From assembly GCA_937873495.1 (NCBI GenBank), contig CALMXZ010000011.1:344808-408807 (forward strand): 64,000 nucleotides of DNA, read 5' to 3'. Each line of letters opens with the position of its first letter. Position 1 is the stretch's first letter. Below are positions 1 to 9,135 of this stretch, piece after piece. The notes under the pieces are model-generated. The model was not told where the DNA came from. It worked only from the letters and a program-made list of their open reading frames with translations, and searched no databases. The stretch is from an uncultured Trueperaceae bacterium. Its GTDB lineage: Bacteria > Deinococcota > Deinococci > Deinococcales > Trueperaceae. The position numbers and the translations under genes were made by a program.

Positions 1-3000
1 CCCCCACCGCACGCAGAGCTCCTCGACGGACCGCATGGCGGCGCTCGCTCGCTCCGCGGGCGCGGCGCCCGCCAGGACGGCCCACGACTGGGCTATCGAG
101 TCTATGCGCCACTCCGACGCCGCGGCGGTGCCAAGGGGCGTGCCGTCGTCGTAGAAGGCGCGTAGGTACCACCGGCCGTCCCAGGCGGACTCCTCACACG
201 CGCGCGCGTAGGCGTCGGCGCGCGCGGCCCAGCGCTCCGCCTCCGCGTCGCTCCCCCCGGCGTGGCCGAGGAGCCGGGTGAAGCGCCGGATGACGTCGAC
301 CAGGAACCAGGCCAGCCACACCGACTCGCCCTTGCCGGCCGCCCCGACGCGGTTCATACCGTCGTTCCAATCACCGGTGCCCATCAGCGGCAGGCCGTGC
401 CTGCCGAGCGTCGCGCCCTTCTCCAACGCCCTGCAACAGTGCTCGAGCAAGGTGCCAGACTCCTGCCCGGGCGCGTACGCGTCATACCGGTCCTCGGCGT
501 CCGGCGCGAGCGGGCGGCCGGTGAGGAACGGCACGACCTCCCCCAACACCCCGCTCTCACCCGTCGTCGTGACGTAGCGTTCGGTGGCGTAGACGAGCCA
601 GAGGAGGTCGTCGCTGATGCGGGTACGCACGCCGCGACCAGTGGGCGGGTGCCACCAGTGCAGGACGTCGCCCTCCTCGAACTGGTGCGCCGCGGCACGT
701 AGGAGCTGCGCGCGCGCCAGCTCCGGCGCGGCGTGCAAGAGCGCGACCACGTCCTGCAGCTGGTCCCTGAAGCCGTAGGCGCCGCCCGGCTGGTAGAACG
801 CCGTCCGCCCGAAGTAGCGGCTGGCGAGCGTCTGGTAGAGGAGCCAGCGGTTCGTCATGAGGTCAAGGGCCGGGTCGGGCGTGCTCACGCGCACCTTGTC
901 GAGCCTGGCGTCCCACACCGCCTCCGCCGCCGCCAGCTCCGCGGCGTAGGCCTCCAGGTCGCGGTAGCGCTCGGCAAGGTCGAGGGCGGTGGCGCGGTCC
1001 TCGGCTTGGCCGAGCGCGAAGAGGACCTCCTCAGAGCCGCCGACGGCTAGGTCCAGGTGCAGCTGCATGGCCGCGCACGGGTCGGTCCCTGGCGCGATAG
1101 TGCCGCCGAGGCCCACGCGCCGCAGCCCGTCCGGCATGGCGGGCGAGCCACGCCGACCGAGGAACTCGCGCCGGTCCGTCGTCACGCCGTGCGGGGGCCT
1201 GCTGCCGGCGAGGAACGCCACGCGCTCCCCGAAGTCGCTCGAGTAAGGGTTGCGGGCCAGTAGCACGTACCGTTCCGGCACGTAGTCGGGGAGCAGGTGG
1301 TGGCTCGTGCTCTGGCGGTCGACGCCGAGGACCCACTCGGCGTAGTAGGTGACGGTCACGCGCCGCGGCCGGTCGGACAGGTTCCTCACGCTCAAGCGCA
1401 CGAGCTTGACGGGGTCATGGGTGGCGACCGACACCTCGAGCGCCTGCTCGAGGCCGTGGCTCACGTGAGCGTAGGTCGTGCGACCCGCGCCGTGGCGCAC
1501 CTCGAACGGCTCCTCTCCCCCTGCCGGGTGCGGCGTCGCCGACCAGACTTCCGTCGTCTCCTCGTCGCGCAGGTAGACGGCCTCCGCGCTTGGATCGGTC
1601 ACCGGGTCGTTGCTCCACGGCGTGAGACGGTTCTCGCCGCTGTTCACGGCCCACGTGACGCTCAGGCCGGCCTCGGTCGTCAGGCAGCCGAGCGCCTCGT
1701 TGGCGATGACGTTCGACCATGGCGCCGGCGGCAGGGCGCCGCGGCGCGCGCGGATCACGTACTCGCGCCCGTCCTCGGTGAACCCGCCCCAGCCGTTGTC
1801 GTACCTGAGGTTCACCGCCTCCCCGCCCTCCGCCGCGCCCTGTTGGCGTTCCATGACAGGGGTTAGCAGCGGCAACCCTGGTCGGGGCGGCAGGTCAAGC
1901 GGCCGGAGCTGCTCGGCCAACGAGCCGCGCTCCCCGTCGAGGACGACCCGCGCGGCGCTCTCGAGCAACACGAGGTCCGCCGGGGCGAGCTGGTCGCGCC
2001 GCAGGAGGTAGATGCCACCTGGCACGGCAAGCCACGCGTCGCTGCCGAGCCTGACGAGCTGAGCGCGCAGGCGCCCGTGGAGGGTCTGGTCGTAGGCCGT
2101 GTCCTGCGTGTTCAGCACGACGACGTCCACCTTCACCCCGCGGCGGCGCCAGTAGGCGTGGGCGCGCAGCGTCTCGACCACCAGGGGTAGCCGCTCCGCG
2201 GAGTCGAGCCGGACGAGGACGATGGGCAGGTCGCCCGAGATACCCTGCCCCCACAAGGAGGGCTGGCCGAGCGTGTTGGCCGCCAACGTCGCGGCGGGAG
2301 CCCTGAGCTCCGGCAGTGGGTAGACGACGGCCGAGTAGAGCCGCTGGTAGGTCTCCACCGCCGCGGGGGTCAGGTCGTGCTCCTGCAGCTCGACGCGGCT
2401 ACGCAAGCGCGCGAGGTCGAACTCGCGCGCCACCATGCCGGGCTTGCGCAGCTCGTCGAGGAGGTCGGTGAGCTCGCGGGCGCTCGCGCCGCCGGCCGTC
2501 ACGAACGTGATCTCCTCCTGCGAGTGCGGCGCCAGCTCGAGCCGCACGGCCAAGGCCATGACCGGGTCGAGCGTGGCGTCCGGCCCCGCCGCACCCGCAC
2601 GCTCGGCGGCGCCGGCCCCACCTAGCGGCCCGCGCGGCCCGACGGCCGTCGTGACGTCGTTGCCGCGCCCGAGGAACGCCGCCCGGTCCGTCTCGTACTC
2701 GCACGGTGCGGAGTCATCGCGGCCGACGACGGCGTGGGCGGCGAAGAGCGCAGCCTCGTCCGCCGAGCGGGGCCGGCGGCGGAACAGGATGGCCGACCGG
2801 CCGGCCAGGAAGCTGCTCTCCACGAAGAGCTTGCTGAAAGCGGGGTGGCGGGCGTCGGCGGCCGCGGAGCCGAGCACGACCTCGGCGTAGGAGGTCACGT
2901 GCAAGACGCGGCTGGTCGCGCCACGGTTGACGACGGTCAGGCGCCGGAGCTCGGCCGCGCCCTTGGCCACCACGACCTCAAGGCGCGTCAGGATGCCGTC

Positions 3001-6000
3001 GAACTCCCGCTGGTACTCGACCTTGTAGGGGTAGAACACGACCCTGTCGTCCTGGACGCGCGTAGGCAGCGGACCAGGGGTCGCGGACCACACGGACCCG
3101 TCCCGGTCGTCGCGTACGAAGATCCAGGTGCCGTCGGCGTCGCGGGTCCCGTCCGGTCGCCAGCGCGTGATCGCGACGTCCCCCAGCGCCGACCAGCCGC
3201 CCCCCGCCTCGCTGAGCAGGACCGTGTACGCGCCGTTCGACAGCAGGTGGGTGGCGGGCGTGGCGGTGTCGACCGGCACGGGCCACGGCTCGTCGAGCGT
3301 TGCTACGTCGATAGGCGCGCTCGGGCTCTCGTCCTGCCGCAGGTCGTCGACCACGGGCACGTCGAGCGGGATGCGCTCCTGCAGCAAGTACTCGACGGTG
3401 GCCACCCGTGGGTCGGCGTGGAAACGTTCGACCATGGCGTCGTCCGTCAACGCGTTCGCCACGGCCAGCAAGACCATGCCCTGGTGGTGCGCCATGTGCG
3501 AGCGCACGAGCGCGCGGTCCTCCCCGAGCGGGCGGCGCTCGGGCGTGTAGTCGAGGGCCTCGAAGAAGCCGTGCGGCCCGAGGGCGCCGGCCTCGGCCAG
3601 GCGCACGGCGTTCTCGAGCACCGCCCCCGGCCTGCGCCTCAACGCCAGCATGCTCGCGTAGGGTGCGATCACGAGGTCGCTCGAGTACGAGCGGTTCAGC
3701 GCCAGCTCCGGCACGCCGAACGCGTGGTACTGGTAGTTCCCCGCGGCGTCCACGCGCGCGTAACCCGACTCGCTCACGCCCCACGGCACGCCGTTACGCT
3801 TGGCGAACGCCATCTGCACGTCGACGGCCGCCGCGCAGCTCTGGTCGAGCAGCGTCGCCCCGTACCGCCGCGTGAGCAGCTCGGGCATGAGGTACTCGAA
3901 CATCGTCCCGCTCCACGAGAGGAGCGCCGCCCGCCCGCCGAGGTCGCTCAAGGGGCGGTTGAGATGGACCCAGTGGCTGAGCGGCACGTCGTTCTTCGCC
4001 ACGGCCACCAGGCTGGCGAGGCGCGCCTCGGAGGCCAGCAGGTCGTAATGGTTCGAATCGAGCTGCTCGGTATCCACGTTGTAGCCGATATGCAGGAGCT
4101 GCCTATCGGGGTCGAAGAGGAAGGCGAAGTCGGTCGCGTCGATCTCGGCCTCGCTGAGCTCCGCCAGCTTCTCGAAGACCCGCGTCAACCCGGCGGCGGC
4201 GCTGCGGGCCGAGGCCAAGCGCGTCGCTAGGTCGTCGCACCAGGCGCGGCCGGCGGGGGCTACGGCCAGCTCATCGCCCAGCGCGGCCCGGAGCGAGCGC
4301 AACGCTTCGAGCGCCTTCTCCGCCCAAGCGCCCACCTCCCGCAGCGGCGGCTCGTGCGCCAAGGCGCCGACGACCGCCTGCCAAGCGGTGTGAGCAGGCG
4401 AACCCGGCTGGAGTCCGTCCGTCCAGGCGCGCGCCTCCCAGACGGCGCGTACCCAAGGAGCCAGAGAGGCGATCTCACCGAGCGTGACCTTGATCCCGTG
4501 CCGCACGCGCCCCGACCAGAGCCGCACGGCGTCGAGGTCGGGCCCGGTCAGGTCGCCGCCATGCATGGCGGCGACTATGACCTCCTCGACTGTCGGCCAG
4601 GCGTCCCCCTCGAGGAAGGCGATGGTGCTCGGCCACAGCTCGCGCTCGAGCGCGGCCGACTCGACGCGCTCGCGCAAGGCGGCGACGGCCGCGACGGCGG
4701 TGGGTCGCTCCGGCATGGCGGCGAAGAGGGCGTCCTCCAGGACGGCCAGCGCGTCCGTCAGGCCGCTGAAGAAGGCGGCCACGTCAACCGGGCGCTCGAG
4801 CAGCTGCGAGCACCCTTGCCGCAGCGCCACCAGCGCGGCAGCGAAGTTGCCCGAGTCGACGCTCGACACGTAGCGCGGGCGCAGGGGTTCGAGGCTCCGC
4901 GTGTCGTACCAGTTCAAGAGGTGGCCCCGGTAGCGCTCCATGCGCCCCAGGACGTCGAACGTCTGGCGCAAACGCACCGAGAGGTCGACGAGGCCAAGGT
5001 AGCCGAGGTCGTGGGCGGCGAGCGTCGAGAGGAGCATGAGCCCGACGTTCGTCGGGGAGGTGCGGTGGGCCGTGACCGTGCCGGCGCCGAGCTGCACGTT
5101 GTCGGGCGGCAGCCAGTTGTCCTCGGGCCCGACGAAGCGCTCGAAGTAGAGCCAGGTGCGGCGCGCCAGGCCGTGGAGCTCGCGGCGCTCGGCGTCCGTG
5201 AGCTCGCGCGGCGCGCCGTCCGTGGCGAGTGAGAGGAGGTGCGCACTCAGCGGGGCGAGGAGCCAGACGACGAGCGGGACGGCGGCGGCCATGAGGGCCT
5301 CTGGCCTCACAAGCGCGACCGCCAGCGCGGTGAGCGCGCTCAGCGCGAGCGCCCACCCCATGCGGCTGACGTTCCCGGCGAGCGTGGGCGGCGGCTCGCG
5401 GTTCGTGAGCGCGGCCGTGCGCCACTCCAGCAGGTTCCTACGCGTGACGAACAGGCGGTAGAGGGTCACGGCGACGCTCCGCACCACCATGCCGGCCTCG
5501 TAAGGCACGAACGACAGCGTGATCGCGAAGCGTCCGAAGGCTTGGCTCAACGGCTGCCACGGTGTCAACCTCCGCCGCCCGGGCACCGTGTAGTTCTCGA
5601 TCAGGCCGTCAAGGTAGGCGATGACCGCGCCGGCGAGCAGCGGCGCGGCCAAGGTGGAGAGGGCTATCAGGGTCCAGACGCCGGGCGAACCGGGCAGGAC
5701 GAGCCAACCGGCCACGAAGAGCGCGAGGAGCGCCGGGGCGACGAGGCTGCGCCGCAGGTTGTCCGCGACCTTCCACGCACCCGCCGGCCCGAGGCGCTCC
5801 CCCCTGCTGCGCGCGCCGACCAGCGTCGCGAGCAGCCACGGGAGGAGCTGCCAGTCGCCTCGGATCCACCGCTGGGCGCGCCTGACCTGCGCCAGGTAGG
5901 TGGGCGGGTACTCCTCGAACAGGACGACGTCGCTCACGAGGGCAACGCCGCCGTAGATGCCCTCGAGCAGGTCGTGGCTCAGGAGGCTGTTCTCCGGCAC

Positions 6001-7968
6001 GTGGTCGGCGAGCGCACGCTCGAAGTCGTCGACCCGGTAAAGGCCCTTGCCGACGAAGATCGCGGCGCCGAACAGGTCCTGGTAGACGTCGGAGACGGCG
6101 TGGGTGTAGAGGTCGAGCCCGTTCTCGCCGACGAACAGGCGGCTGAAGCGCGAGGCGTTGGCGCTCTCGGGCAGCACGTCGGTGCGCGGCTGGAGCAAGC
6201 TGTAGCCGGCGACGACGCGGCCGTCCTCCCCGAACTCGGCGCGGTTGAGAGGATGCGCGAGCGTGCCTATCAGGCTCACCGCCGCGCCGGGTGGCAGGCG
6301 CGTGTCGGCGTCGAGGGTCAGGACGTACTCGGTTCCTATGAGCTCGGCGACGTCGCCGACGATGAACTCGAACGTCGTGTCGTCCGCACCGCGCAGGAGC
6401 CGGTTGAGTTCCATGAGCTTGCCGCGCTTGCGCTCCCACCCCATCCAAGTGCCCTGGCTCGCGTTCCAGCGCCGGCCGCGGTGCAGGAGGTAGAAACGCC
6501 CCCGCCGGTCGGCGACCCCGTCGGCCACCCCGCCGGCTGGTCCGTACGCGCCGTTCAGGCGCTCCACCCGCCGCCGCGCGTGCGCCAGGAGGTCGGGCTC
6601 GCCAGGCAGCGTGGCCGCCGCGGCGTCGGGGAAGTCGGTCAGCAGCGCGAACGCCAGGCGCGGGTCGGGGTTGCCGAGGTAGTGGCGTTCCAGCTGCCCG
6701 AGCAGGTCGTCGACCTCCTCCCGGCTCGCCACGAGCACGGGCATCACGACGAGCGCGGCGTAGCGGGCGCGCTCGTCGGCCCCTGGGCCAACGCGCGGCG
6801 CGGCAGCCCCCGGGTCCGCGCGCGGCGAGCCGCCGCCGAGGTCGAGGCGCGGCAGGAGCGTCGGGGCGAGGAGACGGTTGAGGGCGTAGTTGACGACCGC
6901 GACCGCCACGGTGAACGCGGGCACGACGAGCAGCGCCGCCGCGAGAGCGACCAGCCATACCGCCGCGCCCGACGCGGCGGCGTACGCGCCGCCCCAGAGG
7001 AGCAGCGTCGCCGCCACGAGCCCGACGCTCCCCAAGTAGACGAAGGTCGGGTGGGCCTTGACCCACGCGCGCGAGCGCTCGCCCATCCGGCGCCGGTAGC
7101 CGAAGGCGTCCTCGAGGAGCGGCGCGCCCCGGTCGATCAAGTAGTAGCCCACGTGCCCGGCCCGCCGGCGCGCCTGGGGCTGCTCCCCGGCGGCGCGCGC
7201 GAGGCGGACGGCCTCGCGGGCCACGGCGACCTCGTCCGTGCCGGTGCGGCGCGCCACCCGCTCGACCACCTTCCGGTAGCGGTCGCGCGTCGCGAACGTC
7301 ATGCGCGCATAGTCGCCGCTCGCGTCCTTACGCAGCTCCCGCTCGCTGTGGCTCGCCGCCTCGAAGAAGACGCGCCAATCGGTGCTCTTGACGGTCCTCA
7401 AGCCGACGATGCAGTCCGCCACGCGCTGCTGGTGGCTCTCGCGCTCGGCGTGGTCGTCCGCCTGGCTCGGGGGCGCCGTGAGCAGCTCGGCGCTCTCCGT
7501 CAACCAGTCGAGGAGAACGAGGCGCAGGAGGCCCGGGAGGGCCCACAGCTCGCCCATGGACAACGGGGCGACGGCCTGGTAGTCCTCCAGCAGGGCACCC
7601 GCCCTGGCGATGTCGAGGCGCCCGCCGCATTCGTCGAGGAGCAGGACGGCGAGGGCCTCCGCGCGCGCGGCCCCGCCGCCTACCGCGCCGTCGGCGAGGC
7701 ATGGCAGACGCCGGTAGAAGTCGGTCGGGAGGTCCTGGGTCGCCTGCCTCACGGACTCCCTGATGAGGTAGTAGTTGTCGAGGAACCACTCGGCGGCGTA
7801 CGAGCCCGTAGTCGTCGTCTCGGCCTCGGCGCCGAAGGCGCGGTGCGCTCGGGCCAGCTTGCGCGTCATCTCGGCGAGGCGCGTGGCCGGGGTCGGCTGA
7901 GCGCGCTTGCTGGGCTCGAGCCCGGCGCCCACGTGCTCTTCCGCCCAGGCGCGCGCCGGACCAGCCAT
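1..7968 (-). CDS. Giant glycosyltransferase, cyclic beta-1,2-glucan synthase-like (GT-2/GT84 domain plus GH94-like C-terminal region). N-terminal roughly 2655 codons; the gene continues beyond the window start. Start codon uncertain (ATG 7966-7968, or GTG 7987-7989).
   Basis: Minus frame with triplets congruent to 1 mod 3 has first-position-of-plus-triplet GC of about 58/60 in a sampled 180 nt, i.e. minus GC3 about 97%, while all plus frames show mixed or low GC3. Hand translation gives MAGPARAWAEEHVGAGL...AEWFLDNYYLIRES..., the DxD motif region VLTLDADTRLPPGA, and the QxxRW motif AQRWIRGDWQ. It continues through ...LPESANASRFSRLFVGENGLDLYTHAVSDVYQDLFGAAIFVGKGLYRVDDFERALADH... with no stop. 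The ORF track lists no minus ORF in this frame between 1 and 8000, consistent with an open frame lacking a stop inside the window. The plus ORFs 262..702, 733..1050, 1297..1866, 2734..4230 and 5239..8109 are its codon-aligned antisense shadows. Confidence 0.6.
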   Translation of the reverse strand, partial: MAGPARAWAEEHVGAGLEPSKRAQPTPATRLAEMTRKLARAHRAFGAEAETTTTGSYAAEWFLDNYYLIRESVRQATQDLPTDFYRRLPCLADGAVGGGAARAEALAVLLLDECGGRLDIARAGALLEDYQAVAPLSMGELWALPGLLRLVLLDWLTESAELLTAPPSQADDHAERESHQQRVADCIVGLRTVKSTDWRVFFEAASHSERELRKDASGDYARMTFATRDRYRKVVERVARRTGTDEVAVAREAVRLARAAGEQPQARRRAGHVGYYLIDRGAPLLEDAFGYRRRMGERSRAWVKAHPTFVYLGSVGLVAATLLLWGGAYAAASGAAVWLVALAAALLVVPAFTVAVAVVNYALNRLLAPTLLPRLDLGGGSPRADPGAAAPRVGPGADERARYAALVVMPVLVASREEVDDLLGQLERHYLGNPDPRLAFALLTDFPDAAAATLPGEPDLLAHARRRVERLNGAYGPAGGVADGVADRRGRFYLLHRGRRWNASQGTWMGWERKRGKLMELNRLLRGADDTTFEFIVGDVAELIGTEYVLTLDADTRLPPGAAVSLIGTLAHPLNRAEFGEDGRVVAGYSLLQPRTDVLPESANASRFSRLFVGENGLDLYTHAVSDVYQDLFGAAIFVGKGLYRVDDFERALADHVPENSLLSHDLLEGIYGGVALVSDVVLFEEYPPTYLAQVRRAQRWIRGDWQLLPWLLATLVGARSRGERLGPAGAWKVADNLRRSLVAPALLALFVAGWLVLPGSPGVWTLIALSTLAAPLLAGAVIAYLDGLIENYTVPGRRRLTPWQPLSQAFGRFAITLSFVPYEAGMVVRSVAVTLYRLFVTRRNLLEWRTAALTNREPPPTLAGNVSRMGWALALSALTALAVALVRPEALMAAAVPLVVWLLAPLSAHLLSLATDGAPRELTDAERRELHGLARRTWLYFERFVGPEDNWLPPDNVQLGAGTVTAHRTSPTNVGLMLLSTLAAHDLGYLGLVDLSVRLRQTFDVLGRMERYRGHLLNWYDTRSLEPLRPRYVSSVDSGNFAAALVALRQGCSQLLERPVDVAAFFSGLTDALAVLEDALFAAMPERPTAVAAVAALRERVESAALERELWPSTIAFLEGDAWPTVEEVIVAAMHGGDLTGPDLDAVRLWSGRVRHGIKVTLGEIASLAPWVRAVWEARAWTDGLQPGSPAHTAWQAVVGALAHEPPLREVGAWAEKALEALRSLRAALGDELAVAPAGRAWCDDLATRLASARSAAAGLTRVFEKLAELSEAEIDATDFAFLFDPDRQLLHIGYNVDTEQLDSNHYDLLASEARLASLVAVAKNDVPLSHWVHLNRPLSDLGGRAALLSWSGTMFEYLMPELLTRRYGATLLDQSCAAAVDVQMAFAKRNGVPWGVSESGYARVDAAGNYQYHAFGVPELALNRSYSSDLVIAPYASMLALRRRPGAVLENAVRLAEAGALGPHGFFEALDYTPERRPLGEDRALVRSHMAHHQGMVLLAVANALTDDAMVERFHADPRVATVEYLLQERIPLDVPVVDDLRQDESPSAPIDVATLDEPWPVPVDTATPATHLLSNGAYTVLLSEAGGGWSALGDVAITRWRPDGTRDADGTWIFVRDDRDGSVWSATPGPLPTRVQDDRVVFYPYKVEYQREFDGILTRLEVVVAKGAAELRRLTVVNRGATSRVLHVTSYAEVVLGSAAADARHPAFSKLFVESSFLAGRSAILFRRRPRSADEAALFAAHAVVGRDDSAPCEYETDRAAFLGRGNDVTTAVGPRGPLGGAGAAERAGAAGPDATLDPVMALAVRLELAPHSQEEITFVTAGGASARELTDLLDELRKPGMVAREFDLARLRSRVELQEHDLTPAAVETYQRLYSAVVYPLPELRAPAATLAANTLGQPSLWGQGISGDLPIVLVRLDSAERLPLVVETLRAHAYWRRRGVKVDVVVLNTQDTAYDQTLHGRLRAQLVRLGSDAWLAVPGGIYLLRRDQLAPADLVLLESAARVVLDGERGSLAEQLRPLDLPPRPGLPLLTPVMERQQGAAEGGEAVNLRYDNGWGGFTEDGREYVIRARRGALPPAPWSNVIANEALGCLTTEAGLSVTWAVNSGENRLTPWSNDPVTDPSAEAVYLRDEETTEVWSATPHPAGGEEPFEVRHGAGRTTYAHVSHGLEQALEVSVATHDPVKLVRLSVRNLSDRPRRVTVTYYAEWVLGVDRQSTSHHLLPDYVPERYVLLARNPYSSDFGERVAFLAGSRPPHGVTTDRREFLGRRGSPAMPDGLRRVGLGGTIAPGTDPCAAMQLHLDLAVGGSEEVLFALGQAEDRATALDLAERYRDLEAYAAELAAAEAVWDARLDKVRVSTPDPALDLMTNRWLLYQTLASRYFGRTAFYQPGGAYGFRDQLQDVVALLHAAPELARAQLLRAAAHQFEEGDVLHWWHPPTGRGVRTRISDDLLWLVYATERYVTTTGESGVLGEVVPFLTGRPLAPDAEDRYDAYAPGQESGTLLEHCCRALEKGATLGRHGLPLMGTGDWNDGMNRVGAAGKGESVWLAWFLVDVIRRFTRLLGHAGGSDAEAERWAARADAYARACEESAWDGRWYLRAFYDDGTPLGTAAASEWRIDSIAQSWAVLAGAAPAERASAAMRSVEELCVRWG

Positions 7969-8012
7969 GTCTCGGTCGTCGTCGGGCACCGTTGCAGGCG
8001 CGTCCGCGCCGG

Positions 8013-8936
8013 TCACCCGCCCCACGTCGCTTCCGTCGCGTCGCCCGGGCGGGCGGCGCGCTCCTGCCATGGCAAGTCGTGGATCACCAGGAGGGGCGTC
8101 GGCACGTAGTCGATGAGGTTGGTCGTCACCTCCCCGAACGGCCATGTGTGGTCGCCGCCGAAGCCGTGGGCGCTCATGACGACGAGGTCGGGTGCGCACT
8201 CGCGCACGAGGTCGTGAAGCGCGGGCGCCGCTCGGCGCCCGGCCACCAGGCGCGCTTCGGCGCCGCGGCCGAGGCCGGCGGCAAGGTCGGTCAGGTACTG
8301 CTTGGCGGCGGCCGTGTTGAGCTCGACGAGCCGCGCGGAGAGCTGCCGCTCCTCGGCGGCGGCCGGCACAGGGCGGGGCACGGCCGGCTCCTCCACCACG
8401 TGCGTCAGGATCACGTGCGCCCCGAACCGCTCGGCCAGGAACCGCACGACGGGCAGCACGCACTCGGCGCGCTGGGAGCCGTCGAGCGCCACCATGACCG
8501 TCTCGTAAGGGCCGGCTCGCTCGGTCGTTTCACCCCTGACGAGCAGCGTTGAGATGAACGACCGCCAGAGGACGCGCCCGCCGACCGCCCCGAAGTGGGC
8601 ACCACCCGCGGCGCCCGTCGGCATGACCAGGAGGTCGGCGCCCTGGTGGGCGCGGCGCACGATGTTCTCCGCGACCTGGCCCTCGGGCAGGTAGTGGGTG
8701 ACCGAGAGCCCGACGCCCGCGAGTAGCGCGCTCACGTGCTCGAGGTAGGCCTGGGCGGCCAGGCGCCGCGCATGCCATTCGACGGCGTCCACTGCTTGGG
8801 ACTCCCCGGCGGGAGCTTCGAGGACGTGCAGCAACTCCACGGTGGCGCCGGAGCCGAGCGCCAGGTCGCGGGCGTGCGCGATGGCTGGTCGGTCGAGGTC
8901 GGTGCCGGTCAACGGCAGCAAGAGATGGTTGAACAT
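8013..8936 (-). CDS. Universal stress protein, tandem UspA domains
   Basis: 307 aa with two UspA-like halves (…VELLHVLE…LLVMPT… and …HVILTHVVE…LVVMSAHGF…). AG-rich RBS GGAAGGAGGAG upstream. Confidence 0.7.
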   Translation of the reverse strand: MFNHLLLPLTGTDLDRPAIAHARDLALGSGATVELLHVLEAPAGESQAVDAVEWHARRLAAQAYLEHVSALLAGVGLSVTHYLPEGQVAENIVRRAHQGADLLVMPTGAAGGAHFGAVGGRVLWRSFISTLLVRGETTERAGPYETVMVALDGSQRAECVLPVVRFLAERFGAHVILTHVVEEPAVPRPVPAAAEERQLSARLVELNTAAAKQYLTDLAAGLGRGAEARLVAGRRAAPALHDLVRECAPDLVVMSAHGFGGDHTWPFGEVTTNLIDYVPTPLLVIHDLPWQERAARPGDATEATWGG

Positions 8937-9135
8937 GCTCGAACTCCTCCTTCCGTAAGACAGCAGCCCCGTACGGGGCTAAGAGCGCGGTGGTGGACGG
9001 TAGGGCGAGCCGCGTGGCGACAGTGTAGGCCCGCCCCCGCAGTGGGCCCGGGTCAGGGCTCACCGCAGGCGCTGCCGGTCCGCCCGACACGCGCGCGCAC
9101 GGAGCGTGAGCCGACCGGGACGCGGTGGCGGCGCC

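Noticed and set aside
2734-4230. 498-aa plus-strand ORF (and similarly 262..702, 733..1050, 1297..1866 and the 956-aa ORF 5239..8109)
   Set aside because: Composition is typical of an antisense read-through of a high-GC gene (rich in V/R/D/E/G/H/L, almost no K/N/I/F/Y). GC3 in this plus frame is only about 72% in a sampled block, while the codon-aligned minus frame has about 97%. These are shadows of the giant minus-strand gene.
5609-7066. 485-aa minus-strand Arg/Pro/Gly-rich ORF (also 2978..3784, 4784..5425, 7328..7789)
   Set aside because: Out-of-frame relative to the real minus coding frame. Extreme Arg/Pro/Ala/Gly composition is typical of a +1/-1 frame in high-GC coding DNA.
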